Below are positions 10,514-20,509 of a DNA stretch of 64,000 nucleotides, piece after piece. Source of the DNA: Candidatus Falkowbacteria bacterium (GTDB lineage: Bacteria; Patescibacteriota; Patescibacteriia; XYB2-FULL-38-15). A program made the position numbers and the translations under genes. The notes below the pieces were generated by a model. That model did no database searches and was not told the DNA's origin. It saw only the letters and a program-made list of their open reading frames with translations. How positions within the stretch are numbered: position 1 is the first letter of the stretch; each line of letters starts with the position of its first letter. The stretch is from contig JACRNW010000012.1 in the NCBI GenBank assembly GCA_016214745.1, positions 4,368-68,367 on the forward strand. The letters run 5' to 3'.

Positions 10514-10957
10514 ATGAAACATTACGAATTATTGTACATTATCCCGGGACGTTATACCGAGGAAGAGATGGAGGGGATCAGCGGCAAAATTAACGAGACG
10601 GTCAAAAAATACGGCGGGGAAATAACCTCAACCGATAATTTGGGTTCTAAAAAAATAGCTTACCCCATTGCCAATACTCAGGTTGGGAATTATCTTGTGA
10701 TTGAGTTTAATGCCGAGCCGGAAAAAATCAAGGAACTTGAAGGGGAGTTAAAATTAACACCAGAAGTTTTGCGGTGCGAAATCGTGCTGAAGAAATTAAA
10801 AACTCAGGCGGAAATTGACGCGGAAAAAATAAGAAAAGAAAAGATGGCCGAAAAAGCGAAGGTAGAAGAAGTAAAAGCAGAGCAACCGGCGCCCAAGGTC
10901 AGTTTGGAAGAATTAGACAAAAAACTCGGCGAAATCCTTGAAGGAGATATTATTTAA
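10514..10957 (+). CDS. rpsF: 30S ribosomal protein S6
   Basis: MKHYELLYII…LGSKKIAYPI; rpsF-ssb-rpsR order. Confidence 0.95.
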   Translation: MKHYELLYIIPGRYTEEEMEGISGKINETVKKYGGEITSTDNLGSKKIAYPIANTQVGNYLVIEFNAEPEKIKELEGELKLTPEVLRCEIVLKKLKTQAEIDAEKIRKEKMAEKAKVEEVKAEQPAPKVSLEELDKKLGEILEGDII

Positions 10958-10975
10958 AAGTAAATATTCAACTTT

Positions 10976-11422
10976 ATGAATTTGAATAAAGCGATGATTA
11001 TCGGAAATTTGACTCGCGATCCAGAAGTTAAAACTACTCCTTCTGGTCAAAGCGTTTCCTCTTTTTCCGTGGCGACAAACCGCGTTTGGACAAATGCGCA
11101 GGGGCAAAAGCAGGAAGCGGTTGAATATCATAATATTGTTGCTTGGGGAAAATTAGCAGAAATTTGCGGCCAATATTTAAATAAAGGAAAAAAAGTTTAT
11201 ATTGAAGGGCGGCTGCAGACCAGAGATTGGCAGGGGCAAGACGGAGTTAAAAGATATAAAACTGAAATTGTTGCCGAAAATATGATTATGCTTGACCGCG
11301 GCGGCGCTCCGAGCGCTTCTTCGGGAGCATCAGCGTCGGCCCAGCCCTCGGAACCAGAAGTTCAGGCACCGGCCGAGGAGCCTCAAGAAGAAGAGATTAA
11401 AGTTGAAAACATTCCTTTTTAA
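10976..11422 (+). CDS. ssb: Single-stranded DNA-binding protein
   Basis: NKAMIIGNLTRDPE; acidic tail ending IPF. Confidence 0.97.
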   Translation: MNLNKAMIIGNLTRDPEVKTTPSGQSVSSFSVATNRVWTNAQGQKQEAVEYHNIVAWGKLAEICGQYLNKGKKVYIEGRLQTRDWQGQDGVKRYKTEIVAENMIMLDRGGAPSASSGASASAQPSEPEVQAPAEEPQEEEIKVENIPF

Positions 11423-11439
11423 ACAGACTAAATTAAATT

Positions 11440-11676
11440 ATGATTAGACAAAATAACAGCACAGCAACAACCGGACGGAAGACCTGCTACTTCTGCGCCA
11501 ATAACGTCAAGGAAATTGATTATAAAGATGAAGCGGTCCTTAGAAAATTTATTTCTTCTTACGGGAAGATTGTCCCGCGACGCCGGAGCGGAGTTTGCAC
11601 AAAGCATCAACGTAAGTTGGCGCTTGCAATAAAACGCGCTAGAATTCTCGGGATTTTGCCTTTTACAAATAAGTAA
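11440..11676 (+). CDS. rpsR: 30S ribosomal protein S18
   Basis: CYFC…IDYKD…GKIVPRRRSGVCTKHQR. Confidence 0.97.
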   Translation: MIRQNNSTATTGRKTCYFCANNVKEIDYKDEAVLRKFISSYGKIVPRRRSGVCTKHQRKLALAIKRARILGILPFTNK

Positions 11677-11748
11677 ATATGGCGGAGCAATAAAATCCAC
11701 TCTTTAAAATCGGGGTGGATTTTGTAATGATGAGAGGAAGTCAATTTT

Positions 11749-12810
11749 ATGACGCCCAATTGGATGATCTTAAAAAAAGAAAAGGATAAACAAAAAAAGT
11801 TTTTTTTGAGAGCAAAAATTATTTCATTAATTAGAAATTTTTTTTGTAGAGAAAATTTTTTAGAAGTAGAGACACCAAGCCTTGTCCGGCTGCCGGGAAT
11901 GGAGCCGCATCTTGATCCCGTCAAAGTAAATTTTTCTATTTTGGGCGGAAAACGCGAAGCATATCTTACAACTTCGCCGGAATATGCCATGAAAAAAATT
12001 TTGGCGGCCGGTTTTTCTCGGATTTTTCAAATTTGCAAAAGTTTTCGCGGGGGAGAAGCGATGGACGATTTACACAATCCAGAATTTACTATTTTAGAAT
12101 GGTACAGGACAAATGCGGATTATAAGGATATTATGGATGATGCAGAAAAATTGATAACTTTTATTGGCGTTAATTTGCAAAACAAAAAACGCTTAACCTT
12201 CCCTAAAAAAATCAAGAATTTAAAGATAAAATATCAAGGAAAAATAATCGATTTAACTCCGCCTTGGCCGAAGCTCACCATAAGAGATGCGTTTTCTAAA
12301 TATGCTGGTATAGATTTAGATAAAGTGTTAGAGAGGAATAAAATAGTACGCGTGGCTAAAGATAAGGGTTATGTTATTTCAAAAAACGATAGTTTTGATG
12401 ACATTTTCTTTAAAATATTTTTAAGCGAGATTGAACCGCATTTAGGCCAAGAAAAACCGACAATCCTTTACGATTGGCCGGTTCAAATGGCTGCACTTTC
12501 CCGGCAGAAAAAAACCGATCCGCGTTATGCTGAAAGATTTGAGATTTATATCGGCGGCTTGGAACTGGGAAACGCCTTTTCGGAATTAATTGATTCGGGC
12601 GAGCAAAGAAGGCGGCTTGTCTCGGAAAGAAATTTGAGAAAAGAATTAGGCAAGGAAATTTACGATATTGATGAAGATTTTTTAGAAGCTCTCCGTGAAA
12701 TGCCGCCATCCGGAGGAATTGCTATGGGGGTAGACCGGATTGCGATGTTATTTGCTGACGCTAAAAGTATTGACGAAGTTATGTTTTTTACGGCCAAACA
12801 AATTTTATAA
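11749..12810 (+). CDS. epmA: EF-P lysine aminoacylase EpmA (GenX/PoxA)
   Basis: LysRS catalytic domain only: YLTTSPEYAMKK, HNPEFTILEWY, GIAMGVDR; adjacent to efp. Confidence 0.9.
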   Translation: MTPNWMILKKEKDKQKKFFLRAKIISLIRNFFCRENFLEVETPSLVRLPGMEPHLDPVKVNFSILGGKREAYLTTSPEYAMKKILAAGFSRIFQICKSFRGGEAMDDLHNPEFTILEWYRTNADYKDIMDDAEKLITFIGVNLQNKKRLTFPKKIKNLKIKYQGKIIDLTPPWPKLTIRDAFSKYAGIDLDKVLERNKIVRVAKDKGYVISKNDSFDDIFFKIFLSEIEPHLGQEKPTILYDWPVQMAALSRQKKTDPRYAERFEIYIGGLELGNAFSELIDSGEQRRRLVSERNLRKELGKEIYDIDEDFLEALREMPPSGGIAMGVDRIAMLFADAKSIDEVMFFTAKQIL

Positions 12811-12834
12811 ACTTTAAATTATAACTCTAAATTT

Positions 12835-13401
12835 ATGGCTTCAACGCAAGACATTAAGCGAGGCGTAGTCATTTTGTGGAAAAATGATCCGCATCTTGTA
12901 ACAGAATTTGAGCATATCATGCCGGGTAAGGGTTCGGCTTTTGTTCGCACGAAATTAAAAAATTTAAAAACTGGAAAAGTTTTAGAAAACACTTTTAAGG
13001 TTGGGGAAAAAATTGACGTGGTTGATTTGGAAAAAAGAAAAGTCCAATATCTTTATGCGAGCGGAGATAAATTTGCGTTTATGGATAATAACACTTATGA
13101 GCAATTTGAGTTGGGGGTTGAGGTCTTGGCCGGCTTTGAAAAATATTTAAAAGAGGGATTGGAAGTGGTTTTGCTTTTTTCCGACGGCATGCCGATAACT
13201 TGTGAATTTCCCAAAAAAGTTTCATACAAAGTTACAGAGGCCGAGCCGGGTGTAAAGGGCGATACCGCTTCTGGGCGGGTGACGAAAGAGGTCACTGCAG
13301 AAAATGGCCTGAAAATTCGTGCACCGCTTTTTATCAAAGAAGGTGACACAATTGTCGTCAATACAGAAACCGGCGAATATGCCGAAAGGGCGTCGGAGTA
13401 A
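12835..13401 (+). CDS. efp: Elongation factor P
   Basis: PGKGSAFVRTKLKNL; PGVKGDTA. Confidence 0.97.
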   Translation: MASTQDIKRGVVILWKNDPHLVTEFEHIMPGKGSAFVRTKLKNLKTGKVLENTFKVGEKIDVVDLEKRKVQYLYASGDKFAFMDNNTYEQFELGVEVLAGFEKYLKEGLEVVLLFSDGMPITCEFPKKVSYKVTEAEPGVKGDTASGRVTKEVTAENGLKIRAPLFIKEGDTIVVNTETGEYAERASE

Positions 13402-13422
13402 AAATTAAAAATAGAGAATTAA

Positions 13423-13452
13423 AAAACTCGGCTAGTCTCGGCCGAGTTTTTA
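13423..13452. terminator. Bidirectional intrinsic terminator between efp and recA
   Basis: AAAAACTCGGC…GCCGAGTTTTT hairpin between convergent genes. Confidence 0.75.
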
Positions 13453-13465
13453 GTTTGGAATTTTT

Positions 13466-14527
13466 TTAAGCGTTATTGTCGGGATTTTCTGCCGCTGCCT
13501 CTACCACCGTATTTTCCGCCGTGGCCTGGGCGGCATCCATAACCAACTTTCTAATTTGCGCCATTAATTTTGGTTTTTCTTTGAGATATCTTTTGGCTGT
13601 TTCCCGGCCAACGCCCAATTTTTCTTCGCCAAAATTATAAGAGTTGCCGCTTTTATTAATGATTTTATGGATAACCGCCGTGTCCAAGAGATCGCCGGAA
13701 AGAGAAATACCCTCGTTATACATAATATCAAATTCGCAGAATCTGAATGGCGGAGCAACTTTATTTTTAACGATTTTTGCCTTGACGCGATTCCCGATAA
13801 TCTGGTCGCCTTGTTTAATTTGGGCGGCCCGACGGACTTCAATGCGCACTGAGGAATAAAATTTGAGGGCCATGCCTCCGGTCGTGGTTTCGGGGTTTCC
13901 AAAAACAATGCCAATTTTATGTCTGATCTGGTTAATGAAAATAAGAGCGGTTTTTGTTTTTGAAATAACACCGGTTAATTTACGTAAGGCCTGAGACATT
14001 AATCTCGCCTGCAACCCCATATGTTGGTCGCCCATTTCACCTTCAATTTCCGCTTTTGGAACAAGAGCCGCGACTGAATCAACAACAATCACATCAACCC
14101 CGCCGGAGCGAACGAGCGTTTCCACAATTTCAAGAGCTTGTTCCCCAGTGTCTGGTTGAGAAATTAAGAGTTCCTCAATATTGACGCCGATTTTTGACGC
14201 GTATTCCGGATCAAGGGCGTGTTCGGCGTCAACAAAAGCGGCGATACCGCCGGCTTTTTGAATTTCCGCCACGACGTGCTGGGCGAGAGTTGTTTTACCG
14301 CTGGCTTCCGGACCGAAAATTTCAATGATTCTTCCGCGGGGCATACCGCCGATACCCAGAGCTAAATCCAGAGAAAGGCAACCTGAGGGGATAGATTCAA
14401 CTTCCATTCTTTTGGCCTCGCCAAGTTTCATAATTGAACCATCGCCGAATCTTTCTTTAATTTGATTAATCGCTTCTTCGGCTGCTTTGAATTTTTCGGA
14501 GACTTTTTCTTTATTTTCTTTGGTCAT
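13466..14527 (-). CDS. recA: Recombinase RecA
   Basis: [33 protein letters not shown]. Confidence 0.98.
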   Translation of the reverse strand: MTKENKEKVSEKFKAAEEAINQIKERFGDGSIMKLGEAKRMEVESIPSGCLSLDLALGIGGMPRGRIIEIFGPEASGKTTLAQHVVAEIQKAGGIAAFVDAEHALDPEYASKIGVNIEELLISQPDTGEQALEIVETLVRSGGVDVIVVDSVAALVPKAEIEGEMGDQHMGLQARLMSQALRKLTGVISKTKTALIFINQIRHKIGIVFGNPETTTGGMALKFYSSVRIEVRRAAQIKQGDQIIGNRVKAKIVKNKVAPPFRFCEFDIMYNEGISLSGDLLDTAVIHKIINKSGNSYNFGEEKLGVGRETAKRYLKEKPKLMAQIRKLVMDAAQATAENTVVEAAAENPDNNA

Positions 14528-14547
14528 ATTTTTACGGTTTATTTAAA

Positions 14548-15207
14548 TTATTTTAAAATTACTTGTCGGTAAATGATATTTTCTCGGCTGCGTTTTTTTG
14601 CCGCTGAAATTTTTATGACATTTAAACCAGTTTTTAGACTGATAGACTCATTAAAATTTCCCAGAGCATCAGTTTGAATTGTTTGATCGTTAATTTTGAC
14701 GTTGACTTCTTTTTCCGTTTTTCCGGTCACAAAAATTGTTGGACTTTCAGTGGTTAAATTTTGGACGGGGTTTATTACCAGAAGATCGGGGGGCGAAAAA
14801 ATATTGTTTATTTCAAATCCGAGATATGTTAGAAAAAGGATAACAAGGATGGCGGCGATTGATATTTCAATCAGTCTTGGAGTAACAATAAAATGTTTTG
14901 AAGAAACTTTTTGGAGGAATGCCTGCTTTTTTGTTTGGTGATCAGTAAAATTTTCTTTGTCAAAGATTTTTTTTAATCCGGTAAGGTCTATATTCAAAAA
15001 ATTGGCGTAAGTCTCTAAAATTTTTTCAGAATAAACTCCGCCGGGCAAGTTTTCATAATCTCCAGCCTCGAGGGCAAGAATGTGATTTGGCCTGAGGCGA
15101 GTTGCCAGAGCCACCTCCTCAAGGGAAAGATTCTGTTCCCGGCGGGTTTCAGAAAGAATATCGCCAACAGTTTTATTTTTTATTTGAGTAACGGAAAATT
15201 TACGCAT
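14548..15207 (-). CDS. RodZ-like HTH membrane protein with a C-terminal Ig-like domain
   Basis: GDILSETRREQNLSLEEVA HTH, one TM helix; downstream of ftsK; ATG 15207 preferred. Confidence 0.7.
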   Translation of the reverse strand: MRKFSVTQIKNKTVGDILSETRREQNLSLEEVALATRLRPNHILALEAGDYENLPGGVYSEKILETYANFLNIDLTGLKKIFDKENFTDHQTKKQAFLQKVSSKHFIVTPRLIEISIAAILVILFLTYLGFEINNIFSPPDLLVINPVQNLTTESPTIFVTGKTEKEVNVKINDQTIQTDALGNFNESISLKTGLNVIKISAAKKRSRENIIYRQVILK

Positions 15208-17419
15208 TTTCTTCGGGGTCCTCTTCCTCGGCAAGATTATCGTTATTATCGTTGTAGGAATTTGTCGGAGCCGCTACGCCGGCAATCAAAATATCGCGAG
15301 GTTTGGCGCCGTCAGCTGGTCCAATTATACCTTGTTCTTCCATAAGATCAAGCAAACGGGCAGCTCTTGCGTAGCCGACCTTAAGCCGTCGTTGAAGAAG
15401 GGAAGCCGAAGCCTTGCCGGCTTGGACAATAACTTCTTTGGCGTCGGAAAGCAATTCATCATCAGAATCGTTTCCCAAATCAAGTCCGGGGATAGAAACG
15501 CCGAACGTTGGTTTTTGAGTAACTTCTTCCAGATATTCCGGCTCGTCTTGATTTTTTAAATAATCAATAACTTTTTTAATTTCATGATCGCGGACGAGTG
15601 CTCCCTGCAGACGTTTCGGTTTGCCAAGATCCGGGCAAGTGTAAAGCATATCGCCGCGGCCTAAAAGTTTTTCTGCGCCGGAAGTGTCCAAAATTGTTCG
15701 CGAATCAGTGTTTGAGGCCACGGCAAAGGCGATGCGGGTTGTGATGTTGGCTTTAATTAAACCGGTAATAATATTAACGGACGGTCGTTGAGTGGCCAAA
15801 ATCAAGTGAATCCCTACGGCGCGCGCCATCTGAGCCAAACGGATAATTGCCGCTTCAACTTCCGCGGCGGCAACGACCATTAGGTCCGCTAATTCGTCAA
15901 TAATCAGAACGAGGTAAGGCATTTTCTCACCGGTTTCTCGGTTGAAAGCGCCAATGTCGCGTTTGCCATGTTTGGAAAGAAGTTCAAAGCGGCGATCCAT
16001 TTCGCCAATGACCCATTTTAGGGCGTTTACGGTTTTGACTGTGTCAGTAATAACCGGCGTCAAAAGATGCGGAATGCCGTTATAAACCGTAAATTCAACG
16101 CGCTTTGGATCAACCATAATCATCCGCAAATCATCTGGACTATTTTGGTAAAGCAAACTGACAATAATAGTATTTAAGCAAACACTTTTGCCAGAACCAG
16201 TCGATCCGGCCACGAGCAAATGCGGCATTTTTCCCAAATCGGAAACCCAAACTTTTCCCGAGACATCCTTACCAAGCGCCACCGTGAGATTAGTTTTTCT
16301 TTGTTTAAATTCTTGCGCCCGCAAAATTTCTTTCAAATTGACCGCGGCAACTTTTTGGTTTGGCACTTCAATGCCGACAAGTGATTTGCCGGGAATTGGC
16401 GCCTCAATTCTGATGGGATGAGCAGCCAGAGCCAGAGCTAAATCATTATGAAGACTTGTAATTTTAGTGAGCTTGACGCCGTCGGCCGGTTTTAAAGTGT
16501 ATTGAGTTACGGTTGGTCCAACCGAGATGTCTCCCATTTCCACAATAATACCGAAATTTTCCAAAGTTTTTTGAATAATATTCATTTGAGTTTTGATGTC
16601 GCCGCTTGTCGGTTTTTCAGATTGGTCATCAAGTAAATCTAATGGTAAATCAATTTTTTTTCGCGCAACCTTAACAATCATTGGGCTTGCTTCCGGCAGG
16701 GCGGATTGGTCCGATGTCTCGGCCGGCAAATTTTTTGCCTCAAAAGCAGGAGCAGTCGCGGGAGCCGCTTCAGCGGGTTCTTGTTCGCCTTCTCCATCAG
16801 CCGGAGATTCTTCAGGGCGGTCGTTAAATTTCATGCCCAAAAATAAAAGTTTGATATTTTGATAAATTTTTTTCCAGAAACTTCCTTTTTCCGCTATTTT
16901 ATGGAGCGAGGTATTGAAGGTTAAGAGAATTGAAGAAATAAAAACAGCCAGAAGAATTAGAGTAGTGGCCACTGATCCGAGAGAAGTTAAAAGCGGATAA
17001 GAAAGAGTGAGGCCCAAATATCCGCCGCCCTCGGAAAGTCCGGTGAAGGAAAATGGATCATTATAAGAAAAGCTAAGATGGAGCAAGCTTTCGGTTGAAA
17101 GAATTAAGAAAAAAAGACCAATGTAATTTGAAGCCCCAAGTTCGTATTTTTCTCCGTTCAAAATAATGTAGCCAAGCGCCAAAAAAATTATGGGGATGGC
17201 AAAACGGCCTAAACCAAAAAAGGAAGCCAGAGCTTTTTCCAGATGTTCTCCGGCCCCGCCTGCTAAATTGAAAAGACTTAAAATACTGATTCCGGCCAAG
17301 GCGAAAAGGAAAACAATTAAAATTCCTCGCCTGGTTTCCGGATTTAACCGCGATGTTCCTCGTCGGTTGCTTTTTCGTCCCTCATTTTTCTCGTTTTTTG
17401 TATATTTGATTTTAGGCAT
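15200..17419 (-). CDS. ftsK: DNA translocase FtsK
   Basis: N-terminal TM region, PHLLVAGSTGSGKS, LATQRPS, gamma domain SLLQRRLKVGYARAA. Confidence 0.97.
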   Translation of the reverse strand: MPKIKYTKNEKNEGRKSNRRGTSRLNPETRRGILIVFLFALAGISILSLFNLAGGAGEHLEKALASFFGLGRFAIPIIFLALGYIILNGEKYELGASNYIGLFFLILSTESLLHLSFSYNDPFSFTGLSEGGGYLGLTLSYPLLTSLGSVATTLILLAVFISSILLTFNTSLHKIAEKGSFWKKIYQNIKLLFLGMKFNDRPEESPADGEGEQEPAEAAPATAPAFEAKNLPAETSDQSALPEASPMIVKVARKKIDLPLDLLDDQSEKPTSGDIKTQMNIIQKTLENFGIIVEMGDISVGPTVTQYTLKPADGVKLTKITSLHNDLALALAAHPIRIEAPIPGKSLVGIEVPNQKVAAVNLKEILRAQEFKQRKTNLTVALGKDVSGKVWVSDLGKMPHLLVAGSTGSGKSVCLNTIIVSLLYQNSPDDLRMIMVDPKRVEFTVYNGIPHLLTPVITDTVKTVNALKWVIGEMDRRFELLSKHGKRDIGAFNRETGEKMPYLVLIIDELADLMVVAAAEVEAAIIRLAQMARAVGIHLILATQRPSVNIITGLIKANITTRIAFAVASNTDSRTILDTSGAEKLLGRGDMLYTCPDLGKPKRLQGALVRDHEIKKVIDYLKNQDEPEYLEEVTQKPTFGVSIPGLDLGNDSDDELLSDAKEVIVQAGKASASLLQRRLKVGYARAARLLDLMEEQGIIGPADGAKPRDILIAGVAAPTNSYNDNNDNLAEEEDPEENA

Positions 17420-17420
17420 A

Positions 17421-17551
17421 CCCCGTTAGAAGTCTGCTTTTGAGCAGATTAAGTAATCAAAGGTAAAATGGATGTATTTTTATCATTACCCCGTTTCGCT
17501 GTAAGCGAAAAATTTTTACGGAAAATTTTTCGCCAAGGATTTCTAACGGGG
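17421..17551. repeat. MITE-like element (copy 2), abutting the ftsK start codon
   Basis: CCCCGTTAGAAGTC…GATTTCTAACGGGG flanked by CATA on both sides. Confidence 0.8.
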
Positions 17552-17760
17552 CATACCCCCTTAAATAATTGATAATTTGTTCTTAAATTATAGTATTATT
17601 GGGTAGAAAAGTAAATCCCCACACCAACAATTGTTGGTGTGGGGATAAACCCCTTCTGTCAATACCGAAACATTGGTGTCTATCTCTTGACAAGAGCATG
17701 ATTATTTCTTAAAATAACAAAAATCCCGCACTTTTTTTTAAAGTACGGGACAGACAAGAT

Positions 17761-17941
17761 AGTAAGGAAAGAACTGGAGGCAGTGAGCTCGGCTTGGTCC
17801 CGTCATTCGACAGGACGCCGGACACGGGATTGGTTAAAGTGCCACCGCTAAAAGCGGGGTGCCGCCAAGGCGGCAAAAAATTGAGTGTGCACCCGATTTT
17901 TACTATTCCAATCCTTCCCGACCCCCATTTCTTTCCTTGCT
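17761..17941 (-). ncRNA. Candidate structured ncRNA, family unassigned
   Basis: 13-bp closing stem, several GC-rich internal helices, upstream promoter, downstream hairpin, no ORF in the track. Confidence 0.55.
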
Positions 17942-17981
17942 ATTTTCTTTTAAATTAGCGCTTTTTAAACACTAACAAGTA

Positions 17982-18010
17982 ATCATACCATAAAATTAGA
18001 ATTTTGTCAA
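17982..18010 (-). promoter_or_regulatory. Sigma70-type promoter for the candidate ncRNA
   Basis: TTGACA-17 nt-TATGAT on the minus strand. Confidence 0.65.
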
Positions 18011-18072
18011 TAGTCATTGACAAAAACCGCCGAAAGGGCGGTTTTTAGTTTATCTTAGATTTAATTTTTCTG

Positions 18073-19695
18073 TTATTGATTTTTTACTTTGTAAATCGTC
18101 ACTTCGCCGTTTTGGTAAACTTTATCTAAATTTTTATCTGTTTCAGGGTTAAAATTAGCCACAGCCTTTTCTTCAGGACCGAAAAATAGGTAATTAATAT
18201 TATTTATTTTGAGAAATACAGCTCTTGTTTGACTTTGGCTGTCGGGTGTTCCGAAAAAATATTGTAGCCGCTCGGTTTTTATCGTTTGGGCGGCGGTTAA
18301 ACTCCATTGGCCGACATAGACCGGACGGAGAGAAAGGGCGGGGAGGAGATTGCCATTTACCGGAGTTGCTAAAATGATATTTTCTTCGGCCGTATTATTT
18401 TTAAGCCAGACCATCGCCTCTTTTTTATCCAGGGATAAATAGGAGGAATAAATTTGTGGCGGGTTTGAATAATAAATTAAGTCATCAGTAATTAAAAAAT
18501 AATTGGAAAGTCCGAGAAAAACAATAAAAATAAACCACATCAAGATTTTTTTCTTGGCGAATTTTTTGAAGATAGAATTTGTGTCATACAGATAAAACAA
18601 ACTGATGACAGCCAGGACGGACATTACTATTTGCAAGCCGGCAGTCATTCTTCTTTGAAAATTGAAAGGAGCGTAAATTAAAATTATCTGCGCGAAAAAC
18701 CAGGCGAGGAGGAAAAGAGATTTTTCCGTTTTTTCTTTTTTAAGTAAAACGAAGACGCCAAAACACGCTAAAATCAAAAGAAGTCCGTAGCTTAAAAATG
18801 CTGCTCCGGGTCCTGGCGTGAGACAGATATTTTGAAGAGCGAATTGCTGGCGGGTCCAGAAATTTTTTAGGGTCCATGCGTGATAAATAATTGCCGGAAG
18901 AGAAATTGATAGTAAAATAAAATAATGTTTTAAAATATCCCATCGGATTTTTTTATTTTCTATACATAAAAATAAAAAATGTAATCCGAGGATGCCGGCG
19001 AGAGTTGGCGCATTATAAGGATGAAATTGAAAAAGAAAAAGAGCCGCGAAGCCCGCCCCTAAACTATAAATTTTTTTGCCCCTCTCAATCGCGAAAAGGG
19101 TTAGTAACAAAACTGTAATAAAAAGAGTAAGCGAGGCGATAAAATGCGGAGAATTGTAAAGAGTGGAAAAAGTAAAGGCTTCGGGGACCCAAAGATCCAT
19201 GGGGAGGGAAGAGGGGGTTACGGAGAAAATTTTAGAGATCAACCAGACCATCCAGCCCAGACCCGAGGCAAAAATTAAAAAAAGAAAACCAAGTTTTCTT
19301 TTTTTCTCTTCCGTGAAAAAGTGGGAAATAAAAATGTAAGCGACAGCCAAAAAAATCGGAATTAAAAAAATTCTTGCGAGTTGGTAGGCGGCAAAACTTG
19401 AAAGAGAAAATGTTTTGGCAGAAAGGCCGACCCCGAGCCAAAATGGATCAAAGATAAATCGTCCTTCATTTTCGGAAGTAAATAAATTTTTGAAAAGAAG
19501 ATGGCCATCTTTTGCTTGTTCAATCCAGGAATAATAAACCGGAGTATCTGCATGATCAATAAACTGAAGTCCGAGAAAAACGTTATTTTGCGGAGTTGAA
19601 AGAAAACCAAATAATATCGGGAGAGAGGTAATAACAATCAGCAATAAACTTACGAGACCGATAAGTTTCCATTTTTTTAAACTAATTTCTGGCAT
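18073..19695 (-). CDS. Polytopic membrane protein, putative GT-C glycosyltransferase
   Basis: About 12 TM helices, D..VYYSWIEQ loop, soluble C-terminal domain; in an operon with a GT2. Confidence 0.6.
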   Translation of the reverse strand: MPEISLKKWKLIGLVSLLLIVITSLPILFGFLSTPQNNVFLGLQFIDHADTPVYYSWIEQAKDGHLLFKNLFTSENEGRFIFDPFWLGVGLSAKTFSLSSFAAYQLARIFLIPIFLAVAYIFISHFFTEEKKRKLGFLFLIFASGLGWMVWLISKIFSVTPSSLPMDLWVPEAFTFSTLYNSPHFIASLTLFITVLLLTLFAIERGKKIYSLGAGFAALFLFQFHPYNAPTLAGILGLHFLFLCIENKKIRWDILKHYFILLSISLPAIIYHAWTLKNFWTRQQFALQNICLTPGPGAAFLSYGLLLILACFGVFVLLKKEKTEKSLFLLAWFFAQIILIYAPFNFQRRMTAGLQIVMSVLAVISLFYLYDTNSIFKKFAKKKILMWFIFIVFLGLSNYFLITDDLIYYSNPPQIYSSYLSLDKKEAMVWLKNNTAEENIILATPVNGNLLPALSLRPVYVGQWSLTAAQTIKTERLQYFFGTPDSQSQTRAVFLKINNINYLFFGPEEKAVANFNPETDKNLDKVYQNGEVTIYKVKNQ

Positions 19696-20401
19696 GGGAT
19701 TTTTTTAAACGCCAAATTTCTTTCAAATATCCAAGAGAAACTTTTATAAAACTCACCCGGCTTTTGCGGCCGATTTTTTTATGTTCGGTCCAGATGACGG
19801 GAATTTCTTTTATACGATAATTATTTTTTTCAGCCAAGATGACGAGCTCAGTATCAAAAAACCATTCATTATTTTTTATTTGCGGTATGATGTTTTGAAC
19901 AATGGCACGGTTTACGGCCTTGAAACCGCAAGGAGCGTCTTTTGTTTTGAGGCCAAGTATCATGCGGAGAATAAAGCGGTATATTCTGGAAATTAATTTT
20001 CGCAGAGTGGATCTATTAACCTTAGAATCTTTATGAAACCGCGCGCCGGCGGCGAGGTCATAATTTTCCCGGCCGACCGCAGCGACGAGAGCAGGAAGGG
20101 CAGAAAGATCAGTTGCCAAATCCGCGTCCATAAAAACATAGACCTCGGCGTCGTTGCTCTCCCAAGCCGCGCGAATGGCTCGTCCCTTTCCTTTTTGCGG
20201 GATATGCAGATATTTTATCTCCCCAATATTTTTTTCCAAATCTTTCCCGATGTCGCTCGTCCGGTCAGTAGAATTATTATCGGCAATAATAATTTGCCAG
20301 TCGTCCGCGATGTTTTTTTTCAGAAAATCATAAAGTTTTGTGACGTTTTCCGCCAGGATCGCTTCTTCATTATAAACAGGAATAGCAATTAAAATTTTCA
20401 T
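19682..20401 (-). CDS. GT2 glycosyltransferase (dolichyl-phosphate glucosyltransferase-like)
   Basis: IPVYNEE, DNNSTD, GKGRA, FMDADL, WFFDTE. Confidence 0.9.
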   Translation of the reverse strand: MKILIAIPVYNEEAILAENVTKLYDFLKKNIADDWQIIIADNNSTDRTSDIGKDLEKNIGEIKYLHIPQKGKGRAIRAAWESNDAEVYVFMDADLATDLSALPALVAAVGRENYDLAAGARFHKDSKVNRSTLRKLISRIYRFILRMILGLKTKDAPCGFKAVNRAIVQNIIPQIKNNEWFFDTELVILAEKNNYRIKEIPVIWTEHKKIGRKSRVSFIKVSLGYLKEIWRLKKSHARN

Positions 20402-20406
20402 AAAAT

Positions 20407-20509
20407 CTACAAATTACAAATTTTGATACAAATATACAAATTCTTGCTTACACGTTGATCTAATAAAAATATACTTTATCGCTATTTGTAAATGATTTGT
20501 AATTTGTAG
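20407..20509. repeat. Palindromic MITE-like element with CTACAAATTACAAAT ends (copy 1)
   Basis: Inverted homolog at 41325-41433. Confidence 0.8.

Noticed and set aside
17615-17646. Perfect palindrome ATCCCCACACCAACAATTGTTGGTGTGGGGAT as a dif or operator site
   Set aside because: No resemblance to the dif consensus; more likely another small palindromic repeat, with a single full copy in the window
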